This document shows, one piece after another, positions 43,341-54,041 of a DNA stretch of 64,000 nt. Source of the DNA: an uncultured beta proteobacterium (GTDB taxonomy: Bacteria; Pseudomonadota; Gammaproteobacteria; Burkholderiales; Casimicrobiaceae); contig CAVTDH010000014.1 of NCBI GenBank assembly GCA_963733435.1, positions 2,266 to 66,265 of the forward strand, written 5' to 3'. Made by a program: the position numbers and the translations under genes. How positions within the stretch are numbered: position 1 is the first letter of the stretch; each line of letters starts with the position of its first letter. Under the pieces are notes generated by a model that ran no database searches, had not been told where the DNA came from, and saw only the letters and a program-made list of their open reading frames with translations.

Positions 43341-43684
43341 CGCAGCTCGACCGTCTTCCCCGCCACGGTGATCCGCTCGGCGCGCATCTCGTCGGGCTTG
43401 CGCTTGCTCGGATAGCCCTCGACGGTCGCCTGCGCGCCCACCGCCAGCAGCTCCTTGGCGAGGCCGCGCGAATCCATCCGCGACGGTGGCGCCAGCACCG
43501 CCTCCCACGTCTTGCCCGCCGCCTTCAGGCGGATCGAGCCGTGCGGGTGCTCGTAGTGGGCATCCTCGATGATGCCGGTGAGCGTCAGCGGCTGCGCGGC
43601 GTCGTATTCGCCCCAGCCGTGGTGCGCCAGCGCCACCGCCGGCACGGCCAGCGCGGCGAGCAGAAGAACGGAACGACGTTGCAT
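43337..43684 (-). CDS. Small periplasmic protein (possibly DUF6152-like)
   Basis: Signal peptide MQRRSVLLLAALAVPAVALA followed by HHGWGEYD, in a 115-aa OB-like beta-rich sequence. Confidence 0.6.
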   Translation of the reverse strand: MQRRSVLLLAALAVPAVALAHHGWGEYDAAQPLTLTGIIEDAHYEHPHGSIRLKAAGKTWEAVLAPPSRMDSRGLAKELLAVGAQATVEGYPSKRKPDEMRAERITVAGKTVELR

Positions 43685-43718
43685 GACCTTCTCCTCGGAA
43701 CGATTGCGGGACGTGGAA

Positions 43719-44771
43719 TTATGCCGCGTGCGCGTGCGCGAACTCGCGCAGGTCGGCGGTGAACGCGTCGACCGTCGCCGGCGTGGTGTCCCACGCGCAC
43801 ATGAAGCGCACGCCGGTTGCGCCGACGAACACGTAGAAGTGCCAGCCCTTCGCATGCAGCGCGTCGATGACCGGACGCGGCAGGTCGACGAACACGCCGT
43901 TCGCCTCGACCGGCGCCAGCAGGCGCGCGCCGGGCAGGCCATCGAGCGCGGCGGCAAGCCGCTGCGCCATCGCGTTGGCGTGCGCCGCGTGCGCGAGCCA
44001 CGCGCCGCTGTCGAGCATCGCGATCCAGGGTGCGGCGAGGAAGCGCATCTTCGATGCGAGCTGACCGCCCTGTTTGCGCCGGCGTGCGAAGTCGTCGGCG
44101 AGGTCGCGATCGAAGAACACGACCGCCTCGCCGAACGGCATGCCGTTCTTGGTACCGCCGAACGACAGCACGTCGACACCGGCGCGCCACGACAGGTCGG
44201 CCGGCGCGCAACGGAGCGCCGCGACCGCGTTGGCGAAGCGCGCGCCGTCCATGTGCACCTTCATCTTCCGCGCGTGCGCCGCCTCGCACAGCGCCTCGAG
44301 CTCGAGCGGCGTGTACAGCGTGCCGAGCTCGGTCGACTGCGTGAGCGAGAGCGCGCGCGGCCGCGACGAGTGCACGTCGCTGGCCGGCATCGCGAGCGCC
44401 GCGAACGCGTCGGGGGTCAGCTTCGCGAGCGGCGTGTCCGCGGTCAGGAGCTTGGCGCCGCCGGTCCAGAACTCCGGCGCGCCGCACTCGTCGACGTTGA
44501 TGTGCGCCATCGCGTGACACACGACGGCATCGGTGCTGCGGCAGATGGCAGACAGCGCGAGCGAATTCGCCGCGGTGCCGTTGAAGACCAGGAAGACCTC
44601 GCAGTCCGTCGCGAACACGCGGCGGATCGCCGCGGTCGCACCTTGCGTCCACTCGTCCGCACCGTAGCCGGATGCGTGCCCGGTGTTGGCGGCGGCGAGC
44701 GCCGCCCAGGCTTCCGGGCAGATCCCTGCGTTGTTGTCGCTCGCGAGCTGGGGAGGAAGCGCCGCCGGCAT
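43719..44771 (-). CDS. ltaE: Low-specificity L-threonine aldolase / beta-eliminating lyase family
   Basis: LASDNNAGICPEAW, VFLVFNGTAANSLAL, and FGGTKNG carrying the PLP lysine. Confidence 0.8.
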   Translation of the reverse strand: MPAALPPQLASDNNAGICPEAWAALAAANTGHASGYGADEWTQGATAAIRRVFATDCEVFLVFNGTAANSLALSAICRSTDAVVCHAMAHINVDECGAPEFWTGGAKLLTADTPLAKLTPDAFAALAMPASDVHSSRPRALSLTQSTELGTLYTPLELEALCEAAHARKMKVHMDGARFANAVAALRCAPADLSWRAGVDVLSFGGTKNGMPFGEAVVFFDRDLADDFARRRKQGGQLASKMRFLAAPWIAMLDSGAWLAHAAHANAMAQRLAAALDGLPGARLLAPVEANGVFVDLPRPVIDALHAKGWHFYVFVGATGVRFMCAWDTTPATVDAFTADLREFAHAHAA

Positions 44772-44835
44772 CGGGCTGGTGGGATGCGTCAGGGATTCGT
44801 TGAACGATGCACGCCAGGCCCGGGGCGCCCGCGAA

Positions 44836-47478
44836 CTAGAGGCGCTGCTCGACGAACGCGGACACGGACTGCAATGCGGCGGGCAATCCGGCCGGATCGG
44901 TGCCGCCGGCCTGCGCCAGATCCGGCCGTCCACCGCCCTTGCCGCCGACAGCTTGCGCGACGTGATTGACGAGGTCGCCCGCCTTGACCTTACCGATGAG
45001 GTCCGCGGTGACGCCCGCGATCAGCGTGACCTTGCCGTCGGCCACGCTGGCAAGCACGATCGCCGCGCTCTTGAGCTTCTCCTTCAGCTTGTCCATCGTC
45101 TCGCGCAGCGCCTTCACGTCGGCGCCGTCGAGCGCGACGGCGAGCACCTTCGCGCCCTTCACGTCGATGGCGGCGCCCGCCAGGTCGTCGCCGGCGCTCG
45201 CGGCGGCCTTGCTCTTCATCCGCCCGAGTTCGCGCTCGGCCGCCCGCGCCGACTCCATCAGCGCGACGATGCGGGCTTCGAGTTCGACCGCCGGTGCCTT
45301 CAACGCGCCCGCGGCGGACGCGAGCAGCCGCTCCTGCGCCTGCACGAACGCCAGTGCACCGCGGCCGGTGACCGCCTCGACGCGGCGGATGCCCGCCGCG
45401 ACGCCGCTCTCGCCGGTGACCTTGAAGAAGCCGATGTCGCCGGTGCGCGCGACGTGCGTCCCGCCGCAGAATTCGCGCGACGTGCCGATGTCGAGCACGC
45501 GAACCTGGTCGCCGTACTTCTCGCCGAACAGCATGACGGCGCCGGACTTCTGCGCCTCGTCGATCGCCATCACGCGCGATTGCGTCTGCGCGTTCTCGAG
45601 GATCTCGGCGTTGACGATCTCCTCGACGCGGCGGATCTCGTCGTCGGTCAGCGGCGCGTTGTGCGCGAAGTCGAAGCGCGTCTTGTCCGGATCGACCAGC
45701 GACCCCTTCTGCTGGACGTGCGCGCCCAGCACCTCGCGCAGCGCCTTGTGCATCAGGTGGGTCGCGGAATGATTGCGCATCGTGCGGCCGCGCGCCGCAT
45801 GGTCGACCTGCGCGGCCACCGTGTCGCCGACCTTCAGTTCGCCGGTCCTGACTTCCCCGATGTGGCCGAACACGTCGGCCTGCACCTTCTGCGTGTCGGT
45901 GACGGTGAAGAGCGTGAGGCACGCGCCGCCCTTGGTCAGCTCGCCGCGGTCGCCCACCTGCCCGCCCGACTCCGCGTAGAACGGCGTGCGGTCGAGCACG
46001 ACGATGCCGTGGTCGCCGGTGGCAAGCGATGCGACGGCGGCGCCGTCGCGGTAGAGCGCGACGACCCGGCCCTCCTCGGACAGCGAGTCGTACCCCCGGA
46101 ATGCGGTCTTCGGCCCGGCGTACTCGAGCTGCGCGCCCATCTTGAACGTGGAGGCGGCGCGTGCACGATCGCGCTGCGCGTCCATCGCGGCGTCGAACGC
46201 CGCCTCGTCGACCGCGACGCCGCGTCCGCGCGCGACGTCGGCCGTGAGATCGAGCGGGAAGCCGAACGTGTCGTAGAGCGTGAAGGCGGTCGCGCCGTCG
46301 AGCGTCTTGCCGCCCGCCTTCGCGAGCGCGTCGAGCGCGGTGCCGAGAATCTTCATTCCGTGCTCGATCGTCTCGCCGAAGCGCTCTTCCTCGGCGCGCA
46401 GCACCTGCGCGACGCGCGCCTGGTCCTGCGCGAGTTCCGGGTAGGCGTCGCCCATCTGTGCGACGAGGTCGGGGACGAGCTTGTGGAAGAACGGCTGTTT
46501 CTGGCCCAGCTGGTAGCCGTGCCGGATCGCGCGGCGGATGATCCGGCGCAGCACGTAGCCGCGGCCATCCGACGACGGGATCACGCCGTCGACGATCAGG
46601 AACGCGCACGCGCGGATGTGGTCGGCGATGACCTTGAGCGACGGGTTGTCGAGGTCCGTCGTGCGCGTCTCGCGCGCGGCCGCGCGAATCAGCGCGACGA
46701 AGAGGTCGATCTCGTAGTTGGAGTGCACGTGCTGCAGCACGGCCGCGAGGCGTTCGAGGCCCATGCCGGTGTCGACGCACGGCTTCGGCAGCGGGGTCAT
46801 CGTCGCCACGCCCGTCGCGCTCACCTGCCGGTCGAACTGCATGAACACGAGGTTCCAGATCTCGATGTACCGGTCGCCGTCCGCGTCGGGCGAGCCCGGC
46901 GGGCCGCCCCACACCTCGGGACCGTGGTCGTAGAAGATCTCGGAGCACGGTCCGCAGGGGCCGGTATCGGCCATCTGCCAGAAATTGTCGCTCGCGTACT
47001 TGGCACCCTTGTTGTCGCCGATGCGCACGACGCGCTCGGGTGGCACGCCGATTTCCTTCGTCCAGATGTCGTACGCCTCGTCGTCGTCGATGTAGACGGT
47101 GGCCCACAGCTTGTCGGCGGGCAGCCGGTAGACCTGCGTCAGCAGGTCCCACGCGAAGCGGATCGCGTCGTGCTTGAAGTAGTCGCCGAAGCTGAAGTTG
47201 CCCAGCATCTCGAAGAACGTGTGATGCCGCGCCGTGTAGCCGACGTTCTCGAGATCGTTGTGCTTGCCGCCGGCGCGCACGCTGCGCTGCGACGACGTCG
47301 CGCGCTTGTACGGCCGCTGCTCGGCGCCCAGGAACACGTCCTTGAACTGGACCATGCCCGAGTTGACGAACAGGAGCGTCGGGTCGTTGCCGGGCACGAG
47401 CGAGGAGCTCGGCACGAGCGTGTGGCCCTTCGCGACGAAGTAGTCGAGGAACTGGCGGCGGATGTCGGCGACTTGCAT
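44836..47478 (-). CDS. alaS: Alanine--tRNA ligase
   Basis: [49 protein letters not shown], an editing domain ([17 protein letters not shown]) and a C-terminal DHHA1 domain ([15 protein letters not shown]). Intact at 880 aa. Confidence 0.97.
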   Translation of the reverse strand: MQVADIRRQFLDYFVAKGHTLVPSSSLVPGNDPTLLFVNSGMVQFKDVFLGAEQRPYKRATSSQRSVRAGGKHNDLENVGYTARHHTFFEMLGNFSFGDYFKHDAIRFAWDLLTQVYRLPADKLWATVYIDDDEAYDIWTKEIGVPPERVVRIGDNKGAKYASDNFWQMADTGPCGPCSEIFYDHGPEVWGGPPGSPDADGDRYIEIWNLVFMQFDRQVSATGVATMTPLPKPCVDTGMGLERLAAVLQHVHSNYEIDLFVALIRAAARETRTTDLDNPSLKVIADHIRACAFLIVDGVIPSSDGRGYVLRRIIRRAIRHGYQLGQKQPFFHKLVPDLVAQMGDAYPELAQDQARVAQVLRAEEERFGETIEHGMKILGTALDALAKAGGKTLDGATAFTLYDTFGFPLDLTADVARGRGVAVDEAAFDAAMDAQRDRARAASTFKMGAQLEYAGPKTAFRGYDSLSEEGRVVALYRDGAAVASLATGDHGIVVLDRTPFYAESGGQVGDRGELTKGGACLTLFTVTDTQKVQADVFGHIGEVRTGELKVGDTVAAQVDHAARGRTMRNHSATHLMHKALREVLGAHVQQKGSLVDPDKTRFDFAHNAPLTDDEIRRVEEIVNAEILENAQTQSRVMAIDEAQKSGAVMLFGEKYGDQVRVLDIGTSREFCGGTHVARTGDIGFFKVTGESGVAAGIRRVEAVTGRGALAFVQAQERLLASAAGALKAPAVELEARIVALMESARAAERELGRMKSKAAASAGDDLAGAAIDVKGAKVLAVALDGADVKALRETMDKLKEKLKSAAIVLASVADGKVTLIAGVTADLIGKVKAGDLVNHVAQAVGGKGGGRPDLAQAGGTDPAGLPAALQSVSAFVEQRL

Positions 47479-47569
47479 GGTGTCCTGCGCGAGCCGGCCG
47501 GCGCCGCCCGATGCACGGGCGTCGCCCAACCGGCGTAGGAAAAGGCTTGAATTGTAACGCGGGAGGTCG

Positions 47570-47595
47570 GCCGCCGCGTCCCGAAGCGCGGCGGC
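47570..47595 (-). terminator. GC hairpin abutting the stop of the metallophosphoesterase gene
   Basis: GCCGCCGCG-N8-CGCGGCGGC. No clear U-tract. Confidence 0.3.
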
Positions 47596-47596
47596 G

Positions 47597-49105
47597 CTAG
47601 GGCGCGGCGAGCGGCGAGCAGGTGGCCTTTCGGGCGAACAGCGAGCAGCTCGTCACGGGCCGGCCGGCCTGGTCCCAGGCCTTGATCACCCACCCCGTCG
47701 CGCCGCGCTCCATCGTCATGAACCCGAACGACGCGGTGTGCAGCAGGCTGGCGACGATCGCGTCGGGCACCGGCGTCCTTTCCTTCGGATACGACGTGAA
47801 GTCCGCGACCAGCTGCGTACCGCTGTTGCCGGGGATGAAGATCGGCGGCTGTGGCGTCGTGAACGCGACGATCTGCATCATGTGCACGTGGCCGGACAGC
47901 ACCGCCTGGATGCCGGGCGGAAACAGCACGGTGGGCACGATGTGGTCGAGCACCGACTGCAGCGCGGCGTTGCCGGGCTGCGCGGTCTCCGACCCGTTCG
48001 AGTTGTACCCGAGGATCGGCTGGTGGTTCATGAAGAAGGCATGGGGCCGGGCGGCGCCGATCGCGAACGCCTGCTCGAACTGCGCCTTGTACTGCTCGTA
48101 CTGCGCACTGCCCTTGTCCAGCTTCTTGTCGCCGACCACGGCCGAGTCGAACACGATGAACATCATGTCGTCGTCGACGGGCACGCCGTAGGGCGCGCTG
48201 TAGTCGCCCGTGCTGTCGTTGGCCGGATCGTTGCAGCTCTGCGCAGCGGTCAGCGGGCGCGGATCGAGCAGCCGCCACCAGCCCTGCCCGCCGCGGTCGC
48301 AGGTCTCATGGTCGCCGCGCACCAGGATCCACGGGGCGGCCGCCAGCAGCGATTGCGCGGGCGCGAAGAAGTCCGGCTCCCAGCTCGACCACGAGAATCC
48401 GTACGGACTGCCCGCGCAACCCGCGTTGCCCGGCGGGCATGGCGTTTCGCGGTAGTGGTAGTCGCCGACGTGGATCACGAGGTCGGGCGCCTGGGCGGCG
48501 GCCACGTCGGCGATGGCCCGGAATGGCCATTGCTGCGGATCGTTGCACGCCTGGTAGAGGCTTTGCGTACCGTCCGCCTTCATCCGGCATCCGGTGTCGC
48601 CGATCAGCAGGATCTTGCGCGGGTGCGCGACGGGCACCGGCAGCACGCGGGTGCCGAGCATCGCGCGCTTCGTCCCGGGCGGGAGCCGCGATTCGCAGAC
48701 GGTGACCGGGAAGTCGGCGGGCACCGTGTTGGTCGGGTCGTAGGCGGTGGGTCGCGGCGGAATCGACGCCGCGGCGGCGCGCAGCGTCATCGGTCGTTGC
48801 GGCGCGCCGTCGATGGATAGCGCCGGGCAGACGGCCGCGGTGGTGATCGCCCGGGCGATCGCCTGACCGTTCTCGCCGAGCACGACGTAGGCGTACCGGA
48901 CCTCCGCGGACGACGAATAGGGTACGTCGTCCGTGCCCCAGCAGCCGGCGAGCACGAGGGCACCGCATGCGGCGAGCAAGACGCGGGATACGGCGACCAC
49001 GCGAGGCAGGCGAGACGCGACGATGTCATGCGATTGTCCCAACACGCGCGGTTGATGCAGGCCGCACTGCGGCGCCGACGCGCGCGGCGTCATCGCCTCG
49101 ACCAT
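47597..49105 (-). CDS. Metallophosphoesterase lipoprotein
   Basis: Lipobox LVLAGC. Phosphoesterase motifs IGDTGC, HVGDYHY, VRGDHE and LSGHVH. The start codon is uncertain. Confidence 0.8.
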   Translation of the reverse strand: MVEAMTPRASAPQCGLHQPRVLGQSHDIVASRLPRVVAVSRVLLAACGALVLAGCWGTDDVPYSSSAEVRYAYVVLGENGQAIARAITTAAVCPALSIDGAPQRPMTLRAAAASIPPRPTAYDPTNTVPADFPVTVCESRLPPGTKRAMLGTRVLPVPVAHPRKILLIGDTGCRMKADGTQSLYQACNDPQQWPFRAIADVAAAQAPDLVIHVGDYHYRETPCPPGNAGCAGSPYGFSWSSWEPDFFAPAQSLLAAAPWILVRGDHETCDRGGQGWWRLLDPRPLTAAQSCNDPANDSTGDYSAPYGVPVDDDMMFIVFDSAVVGDKKLDKGSAQYEQYKAQFEQAFAIGAARPHAFFMNHQPILGYNSNGSETAQPGNAALQSVLDHIVPTVLFPPGIQAVLSGHVHMMQIVAFTTPQPPIFIPGNSGTQLVADFTSYPKERTPVPDAIVASLLHTASFGFMTMERGATGWVIKAWDQAGRPVTSCSLFARKATCSPLAAP

Positions 49106-49330
49106 GGGAGCGCCCGGGGAACCGGGGGCCGGTGGTGGAACTCCGCGTGCGCGCGACGCGCGCGACGGGACGTGCCGGCATTGTAGCGTCGCGATCCTGC
49201 CGGCGGAATGCGCGGGCGACGCAGGTGTGCCCGGGTGCGGTGTCGCGGTGTCTTCGCGGTCTTGCGCGGTTTTCGCATGCCGGCCGCCTCGCGCCGGACC
49301 GCGATTGCCGGTGGGTAGCGCGCCGCGCGG

Positions 49331-49900
49331 CTACTCGGAGAGGTCGTGCTCCCCGGGCTTCGCGCGCACGATGCGCAGCGCGACGGAAAGGGTGTACCCG
49401 CGCGACTGCAGGAAGCGGACGTGGCGCGCCCGCTCGCGGTCGTCGGCGGGCAGCACGCCGAACCGGCGCTGCCACAGCGCAAGCGCGTCGGCGAATTCGT
49501 CGGTGTCGGCGAGCGGCGCGAGCGCGGTGGCGGCATCGCCGGCGGTGATGCCGCGTTCCTTCAGCGCATGGACGATCGCCCGCTTGCCATAGCGGCCCGC
49601 GCGCTGCGACACGACGGACTGCGCATAGCGGGCATCCGACAGGTACCCCGCCGCGACGAGGTCGTCGAGCGCACGCTCGACATCGTCGGCAGGAATGCCG
49701 CGCTGGAGCAGGCGCTGCGCGAGTTCGACACGGCTGTACTCGCGCCGCGCCAGCCAGCGCACGGCGAGCACCTTGGGCGCGACAACCGCTGGCGCCGCGC
49801 GCGCGGCATCGTCACCGGCTGGCGCCGCGCGCGCGGCATCGTCACCGGCTGGCGCCGCGCGCGCGGCGTCGTCACCGCGCGGCGCCCTGCGCTGGCGCAT
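49331..49900 (-). CDS. recX: Recombination regulator RecX
   Basis: Lies immediately downstream of recA. RecX repeats are present (LARREYSRVELAQRL, YLSDARYAQSVV, RFLQSRGY). Confidence 0.9.
   Translation of the reverse strand: MRQRRAPRGDDAARAAPAGDDAARAAPAGDDAARAAPAVVAPKVLAVRWLARREYSRVELAQRLLQRGIPADDVERALDDLVAAGYLSDARYAQSVVSQRAGRYGKRAIVHALKERGITAGDAATALAPLADTDEFADALALWQRRFGVLPADDRERARHVRFLQSRGYTLSVALRIVRAKPGEHDLSE
49787..49876. repeat. In-frame 30-bp x3 tandem repeat in the recX 5' region
   Basis: It encodes (GDDAARAAPA)x3. The three units are near-identical at the DNA level. Confidence 0.9.
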
Positions 49901-49912
49901 GCCGAACAGCGG

Positions 49913-50962
49913 TTACTCGTCCGCCGCGGCGCCGGGCGTGATACGGCCCGGCGTGGGCACGTCGACGGCAGCGCGGATCTTCGCTTCGATCTCCTGGGCG
50001 ATCTCGGGATGCTCGCGGAGGAACTCGCGTGCATTGTCCTTGCCCTGGCCGATCTTCTCGCCGTTGTACGCGTACCACGCGCCGGACTTCTCGACGATCT
50101 TGTGCAGGACGCCCAGCTCGACGATTTCGCCTTCGCGCGAGATGCCCTCGCCGTACAGGATGTCGAACAGCGCTTCGCGGAACGGCGGCGCGACCTTGTT
50201 CTTCACGACCTTGACGCGCGTCTCGTTGCCGACGACTTCCTCGCCCTTCTTGATGGCGCCGATGCGGCGGATGTCGAGCCGCACGGACGCGTAGAACTTG
50301 AGTGCGTTGCCGCCGGTGGTCGTTTCCGGGTTGCCGAACATCACGCCGATCTTCATGCGGATCTGGTTGATGAAGATGACGAGCGTGCCGGCACGCTTGA
50401 TGTTGCCGGCGAGCTTGCGCAGCGCCTGGCTCATGAGCCGCGCCTGCAGGCCCGGCAGCTGATCGCCCATCTCGCCTTCGATTTCGGCCTTCGGCACCAG
50501 CGCCGCAACCGAGTCGATCACGATGATGTCGACGCCGCCGGAACGCACGAGCATGTCGGCGATTTCGAGACCCTGCTCGCCCGTATCCGGCTGCGAAATC
50601 AGGAGGTCGCCGACGTTGACGCCGAGCTTGCCGGCGTACACCGGATCGAGCGCGTTTTCCGCGTCGATGTACGCGGCGACGCCGCCGGCCTTCTGCACCT
50701 GCGCGACCACCTGCAGGCACAGCGTCGTCTTGCCCGAGGATTCCGGGCCGTAGATTTCCACGACGCGCCCGCGCGGCAGGCCGCCGACGCCGAGCGCGAT
50801 GTCGAGGCCGAGCGAACCGGTCGACACGACCGAGAGGTCGTTGGCGATCTGCGCCTCGCCCATTTTCATGATGGAGCCCTTGCCGAACTGCTTTTCGATC
50901 TGGGCCAGCGCGGCGGAAAGGGCTTTGGTCTTCTGGTCGTCCATATGGGAGTCGAGGGGCAT
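49913..50962 (-). CDS. recA: Recombinase RecA
   Basis: [15 protein letters not shown], Walker [10 protein letters not shown], and the L2 region [26 protein letters not shown] lies 8 nt before the ATG at 50962. An alternative ATG is at 50944. Confidence 0.97.
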   Translation of the reverse strand: MPLDSHMDDQKTKALSAALAQIEKQFGKGSIMKMGEAQIANDLSVVSTGSLGLDIALGVGGLPRGRVVEIYGPESSGKTTLCLQVVAQVQKAGGVAAYIDAENALDPVYAGKLGVNVGDLLISQPDTGEQGLEIADMLVRSGGVDIIVIDSVAALVPKAEIEGEMGDQLPGLQARLMSQALRKLAGNIKRAGTLVIFINQIRMKIGVMFGNPETTTGGNALKFYASVRLDIRRIGAIKKGEEVVGNETRVKVVKNKVAPPFREALFDILYGEGISREGEIVELGVLHKIVEKSGAWYAYNGEKIGQGKDNAREFLREHPEIAQEIEAKIRAAVDVPTPGRITPGAAADE

Positions 50963-51039
50963 GTGCGGGATCTCCAAAGTATCGCCCGGCGGCCAGACGG
51001 CCGGGATGGCGGGCTTTACACGTTGCGGATCATCCCATA

Positions 51040-51051
51040 GAACGATCGTTC
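51040..51051. promoter_or_regulatory. Perfect palindrome GAACGATCGTTC upstream of recA (Cheo-box-like GAAC-N4-GTTC)
   Basis: It lies 78-89 nt upstream of the recA ATG. No CTGT-N8-ACAG box is present in the same spacer. Confidence 0.25.
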
Positions 51052-51119
51052 GACGCAAGTCATCCGGACGACCTACGCCGGAGCGCCTATTCCGCCCGGG
51101 ACGGCGCGGGCGGGCCCGG

Positions 51120-51632
51120 TCACGCCGCCGGGGGCCGACTCGCGCCGGCGCCTGCCTGGAGGTGGCGGACCAGCGCCGCGCTGGCCGCCTCGACGAGGTC
51201 CAGCACCCGCTCGAAACCGTGCGCGCCGCCGTCGTACGGATCGGGCACGTCGCGCAAGCGCAGGTCCGGGGCGAAATCGAGGAAGAGGCCAAGGTGGCCG
51301 CCGTATCCGGGGGGCCGCAGCGCGGCGAGATCGCGCAGGTTCGCGCGGTCCATCGCCAGGATGTAGTCGAACCGGGCGAAGTCCGCCGCGGACACCTGCC
51401 GCGCGCGCAGCGGCTTCAGGTCGTATCCGCGGCGGCCGGCATGCGCGATCGCGCGGTAGTCGGGTGGGTTTCCCACATGCCATTCGCCGGTCCCGGCCGA
51501 GTCGATCGTGAGCCGCGGCGCGAGCCCGGCGCTGGCCGCCGCCGCGCGGAACACGACCTCGGCCGTGGGCGAACGGCAGATGTTGCCCAGGCAGACGAAC
51601 AGGATGCCGGTGCGGGGCGCAGCTGGCGGCAT
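51120..51632 (-). CDS. Low-molecular-weight protein-tyrosine phosphatase
   Basis: P-loop CLGNICRS and a DPY(D)GG motif. Confidence 0.9.
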   Translation of the reverse strand: MPPAAPRTGILFVCLGNICRSPTAEVVFRAAAASAGLAPRLTIDSAGTGEWHVGNPPDYRAIAHAGRRGYDLKPLRARQVSAADFARFDYILAMDRANLRDLAALRPPGYGGHLGLFLDFAPDLRLRDVPDPYDGGAHGFERVLDLVEAASAALVRHLQAGAGASRPPAA

Positions 51633-51638
51633 GCGGGC

Positions 51639-52433
51639 CTAGACAATCCTGACGGCGAGGTCGGGCAGCCCGTCGATGTGGCACTCGATGACGTCGCCGC
51701 GCACCACCGGGCCGACGTTCTCCGGCGTGCCGGAGAAGATGATGTCGCCCGCCTTCAGCTCGAACGCTTCGGACAACTTGCTGATCTGCTCGGCGACGCT
51801 CCAGATCATCTGGTTCAGGTTCGCGTTCTGCTTGATCGTGCCGTTGACCTTGAGCCAGATCGCGCCCTTGTCCAACGGCGCCGCGGCCAGATTGCGATGC
51901 AGCGGGCCGATCGGCGCCGACATGTCGAAGCTCTTGCCGATCTCCCACGGCTTCTTCTCGTCGCCCATCGCGCGCTGCAGGTCGCGCCGCGTCATGTCGA
52001 GGCCGACCGCATACGCGTAGACGCACTCGAGCGCGCGCTCCTTCGGGATGCTGCGGCCGCCCTTGTTCAGCGCGGCGACGAGTTCGACCTCGTAGTGATA
52101 GTTCTTCGTGAGCGTCGGATACGGATGATCGGCGATCGTCCCGGGCGCGACGTTCTGGATCGCATCGGTCGGCTTCTGGAAGAAGAACGGCGGCTCGCGC
52201 GTGGGGTCCGAGCCCATCTCGCGCGCGTGCGCCGCGTAGTTGCGGCCGATGCAGTAGATGCGGCGCACCGGAAAGACGTCGGATGTGCCCGCGATCGCGA
52301 TGTTCGTCGTGGGCACCGCAAATACGGGGCTGCCGCCCTGCTGCGCGCCTCCGGGCAGTGCGCAGCCGGCAACCGCGCCCGCCGACATCGCGAGCCCGGT
52401 CTTGATGAGGTTCCTGCGGTCGTTGCTCGTCAT
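51639..52433 (-). CDS. Fumarylacetoacetate hydrolase (FAH) family protein with a Tat-type lipoprotein signal
   Basis: FAH core RRIYCIGRNYAAHAREMG...YEVELV...GDIIFSGTPENVG. The N-terminus MTSNDRRNLIKTGLAMSAGAVAGC carries a twin-arginine motif and a lipobox. A G-rich Shine-Dalgarno sequence precedes the ATG at 52433. Confidence 0.85.
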   Translation of the reverse strand: MTSNDRRNLIKTGLAMSAGAVAGCALPGGAQQGGSPVFAVPTTNIAIAGTSDVFPVRRIYCIGRNYAAHAREMGSDPTREPPFFFQKPTDAIQNVAPGTIADHPYPTLTKNYHYEVELVAALNKGGRSIPKERALECVYAYAVGLDMTRRDLQRAMGDEKKPWEIGKSFDMSAPIGPLHRNLAAAPLDKGAIWLKVNGTIKQNANLNQMIWSVAEQISKLSEAFELKAGDIIFSGTPENVGPVVRGDVIECHIDGLPDLAVRIV

Positions 52434-52598
52434 CGTGCCCCCCTCTTCATGTAGTTTTGGGTGTTGCTCGTGCGACCCCGCGATGATGCGCCGGGCGCGT
52501 CCGCTTGTCTCGAGCCGAACCGTCCGTCCGATGCCGTACGCGCGCTCCGCCATGCCCAGGGCGTCGTGGCGATCCCGTCGTACGGTCCTGTTGCACGG

Positions 52599-53099
52599 TC
52601 AGCGTGCGGGCTCCGGCAAGGTCGCCGCCGCGACGGCGAGGCCCGCGAGCGCAGCCGCGACCGATGCGCGCCGCACCGCATCGCGGTCGCCATCGAAGCG
52701 CTGCGTGACGACGCGCGTCGCCCCGCCGCGCACCGCCCAGCCGAAGCAGACGGTGCCGACGGGCTTCTCCGCGGAGCCGCCGCCGGGACCCGCGATGCCG
52801 GTGATCGCCACCGCCACCCCGACCGTCGCGGGCGTCCGTGCGAGCGCACCCTGGGCCATCGCACGCGCAGTCGCTTCGGACACCGCGCCGTGACGCTCGA
52901 TGGTTGCCATCGGAACGCCGAGCAGTTCGTGCTTCGCCTCGTTCGAATACGTGACGAAGCCGCGCTCGAACCAGGCGGAACTGCCGGCGATGTCGGTGAG
53001 CGCCCCGGCCACGAGGCCGCCGGTGCAGGACTCGGCAGTCGCGCACATCGCGCCGCGCGCGAGCAGCAGTTCGCCGACGTCGCGCGCCAGCGCCGCCAC
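52599..53099 (-). CDS. CinA-family C-terminal domain protein (nicotinamide-nucleotide amidohydrolase PncC-like)
   Basis: [16 protein letters not shown] and [10 protein letters not shown] motifs. GTG start. Confidence 0.9.
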   Translation of the reverse strand: MAALARDVGELLLARGAMCATAESCTGGLVAGALTDIAGSSAWFERGFVTYSNEAKHELLGVPMATIERHGAVSEATARAMAQGALARTPATVGVAVAITGIAGPGGGSAEKPVGTVCFGWAVRGGATRVVTQRFDGDRDAVRRASVAAALAGLAVAAATLPEPAR

Positions 53100-53112
53100 A
53101 TCGCGTTGTCAC

Positions 53113-53250
53113 TGGACCACCTTCGTGCTGCGCGCTCCGGCGCATCGGCAACGAGGCCCTTGGGACGGCCCGGCGGGTTGAATGGGATGACCTTCGTGCT
53201 GCGCACTCCGGCGCATTGGGCAATGAGGCCCTTGGGACGGCCCGGCGGGC
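53113..53250. repeat. Two tandem copies (period about 70 bp) of an intergenic repeat abutting the GNAT stop codon
   Basis: CCTTCGTGCTGCGC(G/A)CTCCGGCGCAT(C/T)GG(-/G)CAA(C/T)GAGGCCCTTGGGACGGCCCGGCGGG occurs at 53121-53178 and 53191-53249. Confidence 0.75.
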
Positions 53251-54041
53251 TCACGCGCGCTCTCCCGGCCGGCCGCAATAGTGATACGTGTAGCCGGTGG
53301 CGAAGCCGAACTTGCGGTACACCGCAAGCGCCGGTGCATTGATCGCGTCGACCTGCAGGTACGCATGCGTGGCACCGTGCTCCCACGCCCACGCGAGCAG
53401 GCGCGCGACCAGCGCCGTCGCGAGGCCGCGGCCGCGCTGCTCGGGCGCGGTCGCCATCGAGAACACTCCCGCGATACCGTCCTCGACCATGATCGTCCCG
53501 GCCGCCGCGACGCCGCCGTCGACCTGCGCGACCAGCGCGAGCATCGGCACCGGGCTTGCCGCCATGCGCTCGAGGTAGACGTCGCGCTGTTCCGGCGTCA
53601 GCCCCTGCAGCGCCGCGAGCGCGTCGGCGAACGCAGCGGCGTCCGGTCGCAGCGACGGCGATGCCTTCGACGCACGGCGACCTCGGGTGGCCGCGCGAGC
53701 GCCGTCACCTGCACGAGCGTGGTGTCGAACGCCTCGTAGCCTTCCGCCGCCAGGACGGACGCGAGCTCGGGCGGTTGCACGAACGGCGTCATCCGGAAGA
53801 GCACGGGCAGGCCGCGCTCGCGATAGATGCGCTCGCAGTAGCGGATCTTCCGCGCGAGCGGCAGCGTCGACCCGAAGTGCGGATTCACGCTGCGCGCGCG
53901 CCGCGCCTTGCCCGGCGACACGCGCAGCAGCCAGCCGTCGTAGAAGAGCTGCCGCTGCGACTGCAGCGCGTTGAGGCCCGCCTCCTCGACGCGGCGAAGG
54001 TCGAGCGGCGCGGCGGCGTTCGGCGCGCGGGCGGCCTTCAT
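53251..54041 (-). pseudogene. GNAT family N-acetyltransferase (about 260 aa), one frameshift near 53640-53660
   Basis: The N-terminal part (FYDGWLLRVSPGKARRARSVNP) is in ORF 53598-54041. The GNAT core (EQRGRGLATALVARLL...AVYRKFGF) is in ORF 53251-53565. ATGA overlap with the pgpA stop. Confidence 0.75.

Noticed and set aside
50963-51119. Canonical SOS boxes upstream of recA (CTGT-N8-ACAG, or the Xanthomonas-type TTAG..TACTA).
   Set aside because: Neither pattern occurs on either strand of the spacer. Only the GAAC-N4-GTTC palindrome was found, and it is reported separately at low confidence.
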